Assembly (NCBI RefSeq): GCF_009914755.1
Contig: NC_060939.1
Length of the DNA stretch: 64,000 nucleotides
DNA from: the human T2T-CHM13v2.0 reference genome, Homo sapiens
Reading direction: 5' to 3' (one strand)
In this document: piece by piece, positions 47,352-64,000 of the stretch
How positions within the stretch are numbered: position 1 is the stretch's first letter
Layout of the letters: each line of letters starts with the position of its first letter
Program-made: the position numbers and the translations under genes
The notes under the pieces: generated by a model
What the model saw: only the letters and a program-made list of their open reading frames with translations
Databases searched by the model: none
Told to the model about the DNA's origin: nothing

Positions 47352-47810
47352 TGTATCAGTTACCTATCACTGTATAACAAACCAACCCATAAATCACTGA
47401 CATAAAAAACCATGTATTTAGCTTACATTTTTATAGGTTCAAAATCTGGGCTGGTGGTCTTTCTCATCTGAGCCGGGATCACTCATGTGTCTGTGGTCAG
47501 TTGCCAAGTCACTTGAGGCTGCTGGCCTAGCATCCCAGTTGTTGCACCTAATCTCTCATTATCTAGCAGTCTAGCCTGCGATTGTTTGCATGATGGAGAC
47601 AGGGTTCTAAAAGTGCTAGCAGAAACATGCTGGGCCCCTGGAGCCTAGGCTTGGAAGTGGAAGTGGAATACCAACACCTTCACTTCTCTTAGACAAACCA
47701 AGTCACATTGCCAAGTCTGAATTCAAGGAGTAAGGTGATAGACTTCATTTCTTAATGGGAAGAGCTACAAAGTCACAGTGTGAATAGTGTAATTTTTAAT
47801 CAATCTAGTA
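47352..47810 (-). mobile_element. Old MLT1-type LTR
   Basis: TGTATCAGTTACCTATCACTGTATAACAAACC...GAGCCTAGGCTTGGAA...GGGAAGAGCTACAAAGTCACA. Confidence 0.75.
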
Positions 47811-48023
47811 CAATCACGGTGCAGAGGATATTTGGAATGTTCTGTTATGAAATGTAGTTATTTATTTATTTTTGTATTTTTATAATTTTATCTGCATCAA
47901 ATTCTGTCATAATTGTATGGTGAATTATACAAGCCTTATTTTGGTTTCATTCCAACTTGCCCAAGTGTTGTGTGGCTCCTCATGCATAATAAACCAGATG
48001 GTCAATGAAAGGAATTAGGTACC

Positions 48024-48396
48024 TGATACAGTTTGGCTGTGTATCCCCACCCAAATTTCACCTTGAATTGTAGTTCCCATAATCCCCACGTGTTGTGGGA
48101 TGGACCTGGTGGGAGGTAATTTAATCATGGGGGCAGTTACCCTCATGCTATTCTTGTGATAGTGAGTTCCCATGAGATCTGATGGTTTTATAAGGGGCTT
48201 CTCCCTCTTTTGCTAGGCACTACTTCTTCCTGCTGCCATGTGAAGAAAGACCTGTTTGCTTCCCCTTTCATCATGATTGTAAGTTTCCTGAGGCCTCCCC
48301 ACCCGTGCAGAACTGTGAGTCAATTAAACCCCTTTCCTTCATAAATTACACAGTCTCAGGCAGTACTTTATAGCAGCGTGAGAATGGATTAATACA
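48024..48396 (+). mobile_element. THE1 (MaLR) solo LTR, THE1C/D-like
   Basis: TGATACAGTTTGGCTGTGT..CCCACCCAAAT...GAACTGTGAGTCAATTAAACC...GGATTAATACA, with TG...CA ends. Confidence 0.92.
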
Positions 48397-48978
48397 CTAT
48401 CCCAGGGGTATCTCAGTGTTGAACTTCATGCAGTTAGATCTTGTATCTCCACTGAGCTGCTTGAGGGCCTGACCTACATCTCTGGCTTCTCCAGATTAGC
48501 CTGCTGAATGTTGTAAAGAATTAGAAACATGGAAAGCACTTAAATACCCTTCACGTTGGTGGCAAATTGGGGTTTAGGTTTTAAAAGTGACGAATGCTAC
48601 CATGATTCACAGTAAAAATAAGACGATAGAAGGAAGCAAGCTGCCTGAGCTGTCTCTTTCTTATGGGAAAAATGCTCCCTGCACTCTTCTGAGTCTCTTT
48701 AAAGGAAAAACCCATTGTTAATGCTTCCTGTATGCCTGCAGTTGGTGCACATCTTGACCCTCTGCAGCCCTGTTTGATGGATGCAATGTACTGAGCTTGG
48801 TGCATCATGCCCCAGAACTGGGAAAGGGAAAAATTGAAAAATGAGCAGTTGGCCACCTCCTGATGTCTGTAGGTGTCTGGAAATGCAGGCATCTAGAACT
48901 GCTGGCAGGACTCTCTGAAGGCTTGACTGATTCCTACAAGTAAGCAGCTGGAGATGTAATTATTACATTGTCATTTTA

Positions 48979-49869
48979 TTATTTCATTGTGGTAAGAGCA
49001 CTTAACATGAGATCTAGCCTCTTAACACATGATATGTCATTGTTGACTATAGGTACAATGTTGTGTAGAAGATCCCTAGAGCTTATTCATCTTACTTGAC
49101 TGAATCTTTACGCCCTTTGGTTAGTATCTCCCCATTTGTTCCTCCTTCCAGCCCTGGAAAACTACCATTCCACTCTTTGATTCTATGAATTTGACTATCT
49201 TTGATACCTCATAGAAGTAGAATAAAGAAGTATTTGTTTTTCTGCAGCTGGCTTGTTTCACTTAGCATAATGACCTTGGGGTTACATCGATGTTGTTATA
49301 TATGTTAGGATTTTCTTCCTTTTTAAGGCTGAATAGTGTTCCATCATATGTATATACCACACTTTTTATCCACTTATCTGTTGATAGATATTTAGGTTGT
49401 TCTTACAATACAATAGTAAGAAAAAAAACAGCTAATAACCCAATTAAAAGTGGTCTAAAGACTTGAATAGGCATTTCTCCAAATAAGACATACAAATAAT
49501 CAACAGGTTTATGAAAAAATGCTCAATGTCACTAATCCTTAGAGAAATGCAAATAAAACCACAATAAGATATCACCTCCCATCTGTTAGAATGGATATTA
49601 TGTATTACACAAAAACAAAAGATAATAAGTGTTGGCAAGTATTGGATATATAGAAATTGAAACTTTTGCACACTGTTGGTGGACATGCAAAAAGACACAG
49701 TTGCTATGTAAAAAAATATATAGAAGTTTCTAAAAAAAATTTAAAAATAGAATTACATGATCCAGCAATCCCATTTCTGGGTATTTATCCAAAAAAAAAA
49801 TTGAAATCAGGAACTTGAAGAGATATGAGCACTCCTATGTTCATTGCAGGATTATTCACTGTAGCCAAG
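48979..49869 (-). mobile_element. Old L1MA/MB insertion with 5' inversion
   Basis: 48979-49405 is an L1M 3' end on the - strand. About 49408-49869 is the adjacent upstream L1 ORF2 segment on the + strand. It is flanked by TTGTCATTTTA and TTGTCTTTTTA. Confidence 0.82.
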
Positions 49870-50499
49870 CATGTTGTCTTTTTACCCCATCTGCAGTACC
49901 ACTTATGGGAAGTGGGAATGCTGAAGATGAGCAAGCCCTAGAGTGGAGCAGTGGTCCCATTAGATCTGGTTCTAAAAAGACCTCTGCCATTGGCGGGCCA
50001 GAATCCAGGAGGATCCAGGCTTCTCTCCTTGTTTTAGATTCACCCCTCTTCCTGGGGCTTGGCTCTGGAGGTTGGTGAGAGACAATGTTGTTGAATGATG
50101 GAAAGGAGAAAGAGCAGGGAGGATAATGGGGCAGTCAGGGTAGATTAGGGCATCAGGCATCCTGACAATGACCTGGATGAGTTTGGCCCAAGCCAGCCTG
50201 GCCCTGGTCCAGGAAGGGGAGTCCGGAACTTGGAACGCAATGCAGGTCTCTCTCAGGTCTGCTTTCTTTCTTCTCTCACAACCACTGACATATTTGAGCC
50301 CAACCCCTCAGTCCTACAAATACAACACCTTCCTTACTTTCCTCCCTAAAGTCTTGAGAAATAGAACTCCTGAGTGATTAAACAAGGTCAGCTACAGAAG
50401 AAGAAATGGGAAAATGTACTTTTATTGGATTTTAAATATCATTCTCTCAGTCAGAAAGGATTTCTCATACGAATTCTTTTGCTTAGACAACTGTGTATC

Positions 50500-50880
50500 A
50501 ATTGATTCCTAAATGTACTTTGGATGTTGCATCTCCATGCCTCTGCTCAGATCATCCTCCCTGCATAGAGAGCTCTCTTTTTCTGTTAGGTGGCCTAAAT
50601 CCTAAATACAATTTAAGTTCCACTGCATCTAAGGTGACTTTCCAAATTACTTTAGATTTGGTAATCTTTCCATTCTCTGAATCTCATAGGTGTTGTTATC
50701 CATACCATTTATCTGGCACATGATATATATGACTTAATGTTGTCATTTATTTTCTGGTGTTTAGATCCTCTTTTCTGTGTGAGCCTTTTAAATCCAAGTC
50801 AGTGCTTTATACTTCCGTATGTCTCCAGTCACACTCGCCTACTGCCTTACACATCGTAGGCTCTCAGTAAGTGTTTGATG
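50500..50880 (+). mobile_element. L2 3' fragment
   Basis: Ends ACACATCGTAGGCTCTCAGTAAGTGTTTG. Confidence 0.5.
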
Positions 50881-50939
50881 CCTATGGTACTTCAAATGCC
50901 ATTTTCTCTTCCTCTGATCCACTGTCAGCACTTCTTCTG

Positions 50940-51440
50940 AGCATTGATCAGCTTTTGGCTGCTCAGCATCCATTCCATCTTCTGAGTAGTACTCTGATTT
51001 CCACTGGGGGATAGCTCTCACTGATTGTGTGTCCACTTGTTGGGAAGTAATTCCAGTACATGCATTCCACTATGGAATCCCAGAGTGCAAGATCCTTCCT
51101 CCTTGCCCATTCCTCAAACTAGATCTTTGGCATGTAACCTAAATTTGGCCAACTAGCTGCTCTGATCCAGGTCTCTGAAACTTGACTAAGGGGTGGAAGG
51201 GTAGAAGAATGGTTGGAAGCCACTGAGGGCAGGGTGGTGGCAGAAGCATCCCAACCAGACTGGTCTTGCTACACCAGGGTCTCTCTCCTTGGTTGTGGTA
51301 CATTCACAGGCCTGGCTGTCCTGCTTTCTGTCAATCATGTGAGCCCACCAAACCCTTCCAATGAAAGCTCTTTCAAAGTAGCTAGAGGGTTTGAATGGAT
51401 GTTTTCGTTTGTTTATGTTGTTCAAAATGAAGGAATCCTA
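50940..51440 (+). mobile_element. LTR16-like ERVL LTR (degenerate)
   Basis: GGCTGCTCAGCATCCATTCC..GGCATGTAACCTAAATTTGGCCAA..CCCTTCCAATGAAAGCTCTTT..GCTAGAG. Confidence 0.5.
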
Positions 51441-54400
51441 GCTGGTAGACAACTTATTTCCAGCCCTTATCAACTCTCTCCTGGAATATTGCAGTAAATT
51501 TCTTACCTGATTCCATATCTTCCATGTTCCTATCCTTTATTAAGTTTTCTACATTCTTTCCAAAGTGTTATATGTAAGAAAAATTTAAAATCAATGCTGA
51601 CTTATTCTTGATTTTTAAGATAAAAAATCAACTCCTAAAATTTCTCATGTTCCCATGCCCTGTGCCCATGCTCCAAAATTGGAGCCTGTGATGCAGTGGA
51701 AAGAGCATGGCATTTAACTTGAGATCCAAACTTGAAACATGTGGCTTAGCATGTTCGTTAAACTTTTTCATCATTAGTTTTTCGTACGCAAAATGAAGAA
51801 TATATACTCCTGGAGTGCTTGTGAGCGTTTGATGGGATAATACAACTCCAGCTTTTGCAGCGTGATACATTCTCAGTAGATGGTAACTCCCCTACCTCCA
51901 CCTCCTTCCCTAGTGGGGCTTGCTGCTCCCTGATGGATCTTGATAAACTCTGGATGAGCTTGGATGCCCTGGAGGTCCCTGGGGTTAAGAAATTGGATGC
52001 AGCATCAGGGCATTATGGTACTTGGTTTTATGGCATGGCAGTCATACATGGCATTTTAGGGAAGACAAGAGAGCATGGGGGAAGAATCTGACATTGTGTG
52101 TTGAAGCAAAAGGATTGTCATTTGCAGTGTGTTCCTGACAGCTCTGGTTATACAGGTGGGAGAACCGGATGCTTTATTATGAATCAGTCAATCTCTTAAG
52201 CAAGTGTTCTTTAAAGTATTTTGATTGCAAATTGCAAAAAATAGTTGCAATTCAGGGCCAGATGCCATGTTTATTTCTTGGTTCTCAGCCTACTCTTAGC
52301 AGATAAAAATGACCAAATGTGAGCATTCTGTGTGCTGTGCAGAAGTAACTATCCCTACCAACAGCTATGTGCACCTATGCTCATTTTCCACGGAACCTTC
52401 TTAAACTCTTCATGTTTGAAGTGGCCTATTTGTTCTTGCTGCCAAAGTTGAAAGAAATGTTAGCTAATTATAGAGAGGGAGTTTGTCTAACAGAAGGGCT
52501 TTTCACTAGAAGCTGAAGGGAGCTGTTTCCCTTTTGGATCAGCAATAGCTTGATGGGTTTGAAAAAGTACACAGTATCATCTAATAATTTCTAATTGGAC
52601 TCACTTGAGAAAATACATAATGGAGATTTAGATTATAAGGTAGGGTAAGAATATTTGTGTTGATGTATATGTTAAACTAGCAAAATGGGTATCATCTCTG
52701 CTCCACTGGGGCTTATAAGCCAAAATGAACATGATGGATCTATAAGTAACAGGATAGGCTCACAGAAGCAGTATCACTTTTTGAGATATCAGGATTCTGA
52801 ATGTCAACCAAATATATGAGAGTAACCTGCACAGGAGTGTTTTGCTCTGGCAGTGAAATTGTAAATTGCCAGCATAACATGATACTCAAGGGGAATGGCA
52901 GAGGGGGTTGCCGGAGGAAGGGTATTTTTATTTCAATGTAATTAGGGAAGGTTTCCTTGCAGAAGTGATGAATGCTTTCTTTTTTGTGCTTTCCTTGAGG
53001 CATTAAAAAAAAAAATCTCTATTCTGAGATCTTGGCAGTTCTTTCCAGGAGCTGAATTTGTCCCCTTTGCCCCTTCTCTACACCTCTCCCAATTGCTCTA
53101 GATCCAAAGAAACCATGATCTGAGCTGTGAAGTGTTCAGAGTCCTAAGTTCTAACTCCAATGAAGCTCTCACCTTACACAGTACCACATCCAAAAGGGGC
53201 CCAGGGCTTTTCTAGGGATCTGTCCTCAAGTTGGAAGCCAGGGGTTCTCTGGGCTGAAAGTCTTTTTTGATCAGAGAAGCCAAGCAGGGTGACACCCCAG
53301 TCCCCTGAAGAGGCCACAGAACTTCAGATATATATTTCACATCATAGCACTCAAGTTTAGGCAGTGTTTTGGACAACAAATGTCTGGGGTGGAAATTGCG
53401 TGTATGCTGACCGTGAAAATGAAATTAGAGTGTTCCTCTGTCCTTGAGAGCAGGAATTCCATTGTTTGGCCCCATGTGACCTAAATTTGACTCTGAATAT
53501 CTTTGGATACCACTAATAACCATGACTATTGAATGGTGGGAAGGTGATGACATGAATTTCCTCAAACTCAGAGGGACATTCCAGAGGGAAACTGGGTGAC
53601 TCCAGTGTTAGCTCTTTTTCTGCTTAGCTATCAGGGGAGTGAATTGTACCTCAACTGGTTCTGGAGCCTTCATTCCTTATCTCCATTAGACGTCAGGAAA
53701 TGTCTCTAAGCCCTAATCACCCGATGGTATTTTATAAAGCACTATGCCTAAGCTTCCCTTTTCAGTTGAAATGTTGAGGACTGAAGTGGGCAATGAAGAC
53801 CTTGTTTCTTTGGCTACTAGCCAACCTGGATTAAAGAAGAAAAACAGCTTTGACAGAATTTCTTTTGAGGTGGTCCAAAGACTGTTTTCTGGAACATAAA
53901 AAGCATCTATATTCCACTGTGATTTTGTTAACTGTTTGCAGTAAAGTTTGAAGGTGTTTGGCCCAATCTGAATACCAGTTAACCCACGATCTCTGTTTGA
54001 TACATCTATCCCCAGCTGGTGACATGCTCTTATTAATCCTTTGATCTAGTTGGGTATCTAGTGTGTGGTGCTGAAACAAAATTTTACCCTGTGCACGAAT
54101 CTCGCTTCTCCATCTTATTGAAAGATGAAAGCATAAGATGGGACATGAGGCAGAAGACAGGGTTTTGGTATCCAGTTCTGGGGCTTGAGGACATTTTAAG
54201 CCTCAATTTTATGTATAAAATGGCAACAAAGACTTCTATTTGTCACCATCATTGAAAATAATCAGATGAGATAATGAATTAAAAGTGCTTTGTACATCAA
54301 AAAGCCCTGATTAAACAAACACTACTTCTAAACAACTTGATGAATACAACTCCTACTAATATAGACAGGCTAGAAGCAAACTTTAAGCATAGATCTAAAT

Positions 54401-54649
54401 TTTCAAGGAATGGAAAGTGGCTCAATCTTAAGTATCTTTTCACATGACTTGCTCTCTGTTTGGACATTTCCGAGAACTGAAAGTTACCATGTTGCTAGAA
54501 ACTCATACAGTCATTGGAGGTGTTCTTGGTGCTGAGTGATAGAGCCACTGGGGGTGTTATTTCCCAACAGAATTTCCATTGTCTGCTGAATTTGTTTTTG
54601 TTGGCTTGACTCTTCTATTGAAATCTCCCTGATATCCTGTTATTAGGAA

Positions 54650-54805
54650 ACTTGGGGATTATTTTCCCTTCTGTAAAATGGGGATAATATCCCCTAGGGT
54701 TTTTGGAAGATTTACGATGAGATATTCTCTGTAAAGTACTTACGATAAAACGTTGTCCACAATATGTATATAATAAATGTTAACTATTACTATTATTGCT
54801 GTTAT
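54650..54805 (+). mobile_element. MIR SINE fragment
   Basis: TCTGTAAAATGGGATAATA..GATGAGATA..TGTAAAGTACTTA..AATAAATGTTAACTATTA. Confidence 0.7.
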
Positions 54806-55254
54806 TACTTTGATTACAATTATTGGGTGAATGACAAATTGTAATGGTCACTTTTCTCCCTTTGACCAGTCATTGACTAAATTAAGCTTCAAGTGCTTTT
54901 GGAAGGAAGAATATGTGAGATATCTAAGAAAAGTTGATAAAATGTTATCTTCTTTGATAATAGAATGACCAATCGTTGACTTTTTTTTTTTTCCTTCTTT
55001 TGAATGACAGAGAAATGCCAGCTCCCTGTAAACATGAGAAAGCCCAGATGAAATAAATAAGGTGCTTCACATTCTGCCTCTCAGCCACATGCTCTGGGCA
55101 AGAGATTCTAATTCTTCAGAATAGCCACTTCCCAAGTTCAAATGGGGCCATCCTTCTTCTCTGGCACTGGCAGTGAGTGCTGGGGCAGTCTGTATCATGT
55201 TATGGCAAATTACCTTGAGGTCACAAGCCAATTTTTTGTTCCTATAGAAACATT

Positions 55255-55490
55255 GACTGTGAGAAGATAATGGCCAATGTGTTTTAAGCACTTTGTATTT
55301 GCAAGGGACTGCTCTAAGTACTTGATAAACATCAACTTCTTTAATCCTCACAACTCTATGAGGTAGGGATAATTAGCATCATTTTCCAGGTAAGGAAACT
55401 GAGGCCCAAAGATGTTAAGTCATCCAGACAGTAAATGGTTGTGTCAGGATTAATGCACAAGCACCTTCATTCTTGACCATTACCCTCTGA
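55255..55490 (-). mobile_element. MIR SINE
   Basis: TTTAATCCTCACAACTCTATGAGGTAGG..GGAAACTGAGGCCCAAAGATGTTAAGT. Confidence 0.82.
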
Positions 55491-55982
55491 AAAAAGGGCT
55501 AAGGTGGAGAGTGTGGCTCTGGGGCAGGGCAACTCTAAACAGGAAACATGCTCCTTCACAAATGTGCTGGATTCTACCTCTTTCAGTTAAAGATAAAAGG
55601 AACCTTTACGTGTGAACTCAGTCTTCTCTCCAGGGTCTTTAGCTGACAGAGTGCCATCATTTTGCATACAGATATAACTCTTATTGTCTGTGGCTTCCAT
55701 CTTTTACTTCAGACTATATGTCTGGGTTGAGTGGTTCAAATAATGGCAGATTATAAAGTGCTTTCATTTATTCCAACTCTGTGAAATAAGAATTTCATAG
55801 TGAGAAGCTTCCCAGAGACAGAGAGAGAAGAAACTTGTGTATGTCACAGAGCTAGTGACATAACTGGGGTTTGAACCCCTATTTCAAACTCCTATCTCTA
55901 CACCATAAGAAACAATCCCTCGTCAATCTGGGGGTTGTGGGTGGTGTCACCAGATTATAAGGAAAAGCTGCCTGTCAGGTCA

Positions 55983-56205
<223 letters not shown>

Positions 56206-56795
56206 CTAGTAGCTACAATGGTTCCCAGATTGCATATTACTAAGTGATAATTCGAATGAATGAATGAATTTTATTCTAATAGTAATTTGAATTTAACTGT
56301 GAAATAATAAAGGTGCATTTCAAAATTTAAAAAAATCAGGCTCTGAAACCTGCCCCAGGTGCCTCTATGTGGAAGGACCCTTGCTCTGCTCATCACATTC
56401 CAGTTTCCTTGACCAGGTGCCTTCTAAGGGGTGAAAGTGGAGGAGAAAGGGGGGAGCCTCATTTTGCTGGGATTCTGACACCCTTCACTGAGCCCCCACA
56501 ACTATCACCCACCCCAGCCCAGCTGGCACTACACCTACCTTGCTCAGCCCCACCTAATGGCTTTAGCACTGAAGTGGTCAGGAAATAGACGTGGCTAGTA
56601 TTAAAGTCTAAACAACAGCTTTACCGGAGTAAATTGATGAGAACTACCATCACACATGTTCCTCTGTATAATTGCCCATCCAAAGCAGCCAGGCAGCCTT
56701 TTTCCATTTGGTGTCATTCTTCCTGAGCACCCTCCCTCCTGCTCTGCCACTTCCCTTCCATCACTTACTTAAAGGACCAGAAGAAGACTCACCTC

Positions 56796-59404
56796 TTTTT
56801 TTTTTTTTTTTTTTTTTAATACTTTAAGTTCTGGGATACATGTGCCAAACGTGCAGGTTTGTAACATAGGTATACACGTGCCATGGTGGTTTGCTGTACC
56901 CATCAACCCATCATCTACATTAGGTATTTCTCCTAATGCTATCCCTCTCCTAGCCTCCCTACCCCCTGACAGGCCCGGGTGTGTGGTGTTCCCCACCATG
57001 TGTCCATGTGTCATTGTTCAACTCCCACTAACGAGTGAAAACATGTGGTGTTTGGTTTTCTGTTCCTGTGTTAGTTTGCTGAGAATGATGGTTTCCAGCT
57101 TCACCCATGTGCCTGCAAAGGACATGAACTCATCCTTTTTTATGGCTGCATAGTATTCCATGGGTATATGTGCCACATTTTCTTTATCCAGTCTATCATT
57201 GATGGACATTTGGGTTGGTTCCAAGTCTTTGCTATTGTGAATAGTGCCACAATAAACATGATGTGTATGTGTCTTTATAGTAGAATGATTTATATTCCTT
57301 TGGGTATATACCCAGTAATGGGATTGCTGAGTCAAATGGTATCTGTGGTTCTAGATCCTTGAGGAATTGCACACTGTCTTCCACAATGGTTGAACTAGTT
57401 TACAGTCCCACCAACAGTGTAAAAGTGTTACTATTTCTCCACATCCTCTCCAGTATCTGTTGTTTCCTGACTTTTTAATGATTGCCTTTCTAACGGTCAT
57501 GAGATGGTATCTCATTGTGGTTTTGATTTGCACCAGTGATGATGAGCTTTTTTCATATGTTTGTTGGCTGCATAAATGTCTTCTTTTGAGAAGTATCTGT
57601 TCATATCCTTTGTCTACTTTTTGATGGGGTTGTTTTTTTCTTGTGAATTTGTTTAAGTTCTTTGTAGATTCTGGATATCAGCCCTTTCTCAGATGGATGG
57701 ATTGCAAAATTTTTCTCCCATTCTGCAGGTTGCCTATTCACTCTGATGATAGTTTCTTTTGCCTTGCAGAAGCTCTTTAGTTTAATTAGATCCCATTTGT
57801 CACTTTTGGTTTGTGTTGCCATTGTTTTTGGTGTTTTAGTCATGAAGTCTTTGCCCATGCCTATGTCCTGAATGGTATTTCCTAGGTTTTCTTCTAGGGA
57901 TTTTATGGTTTTAGATCTTACATTTAAGACTTTAATCCATCTTGAGTTAATTTTTGTATAAGGTGCAAGGAAGGGGTCCAGTTTCAGTTCATACGGCTAG
58001 CCAGTTTTCCCAGCACCATTTATTAAATAGGGAATCCTTTCCCCATTGCTTGTTTTTGTCAGGTTTGTTGAAGGTCAGATGGTTGCAGATGTGTGGTGGT
58101 ATTTCTGAGGCCTCTGTTCTGTTCCATTGGTCTATATATCTGTTTTGGTACCAGTACCATGCTGTTTTGATTACTGTAGGCTTGTAGTATAGTTTGAAAT
58201 CAGGTAGCATAATACCTCCAGCTTTCTTCTTTTTGCTTAGAATTGCCTTGGCTATGTGGGCTCTTTTTTGGTTCCATATGAAATTTAAAGTAGTTTTTTT
58301 CTGATTCTGTGAAGAAAGTCAATGGTAGTTTGATGGGGATAGTACTGAAACCATAAATTACTTTGGGCATTATGGCCATTTTCACGCTATGGATTCTTCT
58401 TATCCATGAGCAGGAACTGTTCTTCCATTTGTTTGTGTCCTCTTATTTCATTGAGCAGTGGTTTGTAGTTCTCCTTGAAGAGGTCCCTCACATCCCTTGT
58501 AAGTTGTATTCCTGGGTATTTTATTCTCTCTATAGCAGTTGTGAATGGGAGTTCACTCATGATTTGGCTCTCTGTTTGTCTATTATTGGTGTATAGGAAT
58601 GCTTGTGGTTTTTGCACATTGATTTTGTATCCTGAGACTTTGCTGAAGTTGCTTATCAGCTTAAGGAGATTTTGGGCTTAGACGATGGGTTTCTCTAAGT
58701 GTAAAATCATGTCATCTGCAAACAGAGACAATTTGACTTCTTCTCTTCCTATTTGAATACTTATTTCTTTCTCTTGTGTGATTGCCCTGGCTAGAGCTTC
58801 CAGCACTATGTTGAATAGGAGTAGTGAGAGAGGTCATCCTTGTGTTGTGCTGGTTTTCAGAGGGAATGCTTCCAGTTTTTGTCCATTCAAATATTGGCTG
58901 TGGGTTTGTCATAAATAGCTCTTACTATTTTGAGATACATTCTATCAGTACCTAGTTTATTGAGAGTTTTTAGCGTGAAGGGCTGTAGAATTTTATCGAA
59001 GGCCTTTTTTGCATCTATTGAGATAATCGTGTGGTTTTTGTCATTGCTACTGTTTATGTGATGGATTACGTTTATTGATTTGCGTATGTTGAACCAGCCT
59101 TGCATCCCAGGGATGAAGCTGAATTGATCGTGGTGGATAAGCTTTTTGATGTGCTGCTGGATTGGGTTTGTCAATATTTTATTGAGGATTTTTGAATATA
59201 TGTTCATCAGGGATATTGGCCTGAAATTTTCTTTTTTTGTTGTGTCTCTGCCAGGTTTTGGTATCGGGATGATAATGGCCTCATAAAATCACTTAGGGAG
59301 GAGTCCCTCTTTTTCTATTGCTTGGAATAGAACAGTTGCAGAAGGAACGGTACCAGCTCCTTTTTGTACCTCTGGTAGAATTTGGCTGTGAATCCATCTG
59401 GTCC
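56796..59404 (-). mobile_element. 5'-truncated L1PA (about 2.6 kb, L1PA7-like)
   Basis: Poly-T at about 56796-56817, 3'UTR, and fragmented ORF2 back to the RT N-terminal region (..GTGAATCCATCTGGTCC). No TSD found. Confidence 0.95.
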
Positions 59405-59449
59405 AAAAAGAGCCTGTCCCCACTCACCCTACATGTCTCTGTAGGGTGA

Positions 59450-59762
<313 letters not shown>

Positions 59763-60166
59763 CCAGTTTACATCATATTACTTATGTGTAGTTTTGTTCC
59801 CTGGTTGTTCCATAGATGTTTTGTTTCTTTAACTAGAGTGTTTTGCTTGGCTTGTAACCCCATAAGAGCTGGGCATGTGAGATATGCTTAGCTCATGTTG
59901 TCTCTGAGGGTACCGCAAGCTTCTGCACTGTGAGCCTCCATTTTGATTGTTTTAGGGCCTGTGTTAGGGAGAAGTGATAGGGGTATGGCCTTCAGTCATA
60001 TGTCTTCAATACTTAATGGAAGGAGTGTTTATTCTCCTGTATTTTCCATAGAATGGTACATTGACAGTCTAACCATGTTACTCGTTGACTTAAAATCTTC
60101 AAAGTCCGCTTATTGCCAGAGATAAAGTCAAATATTGTTTGGAATGACATAAAAGATATGCTGTAT

Positions 60167-64000
<3,834 letters not shown>

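Overview
Primate (ape- or human-like) non-coding genomic DNA dominated by transposable elements. I found no recognisable cellular protein-coding exon, RNA gene or CRISPR array. About 40% of the window is L1PA-type LINE-1: a full-length + copy (8001-14022), a full-length - copy (22718-29158), two - copies cut by the window edges, and several 5'-truncated copies. All have disrupted ORFs, and these L1s account for almost all long ORFs in the track. The rest includes an ancient ERVL provirus with both LTR33-like LTRs (about 6080-17158) and nested MLT1, L1 and Alu insertions, plus old L1M, L2, MIR, MaLR LTRs, MER63, a half MADE1, three Alus and microsatellites. The most notable observations are: (i) the two youngest L1s lie in inverted orientation 46 kb apart and share six non-consensus substitutions and two frameshifts; (ii) an intact 180-aa extended L1 ORF0 reads out of the element into flanking MLT1 DNA; (iii) an old L1M has a twin-priming 5' inversion; (iv) there is a consensus CTCF site at 43098. 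I see no convincing evidence of a wholly new biological system. Subfamily calls rely on recalled consensus sequences, not on a database search.
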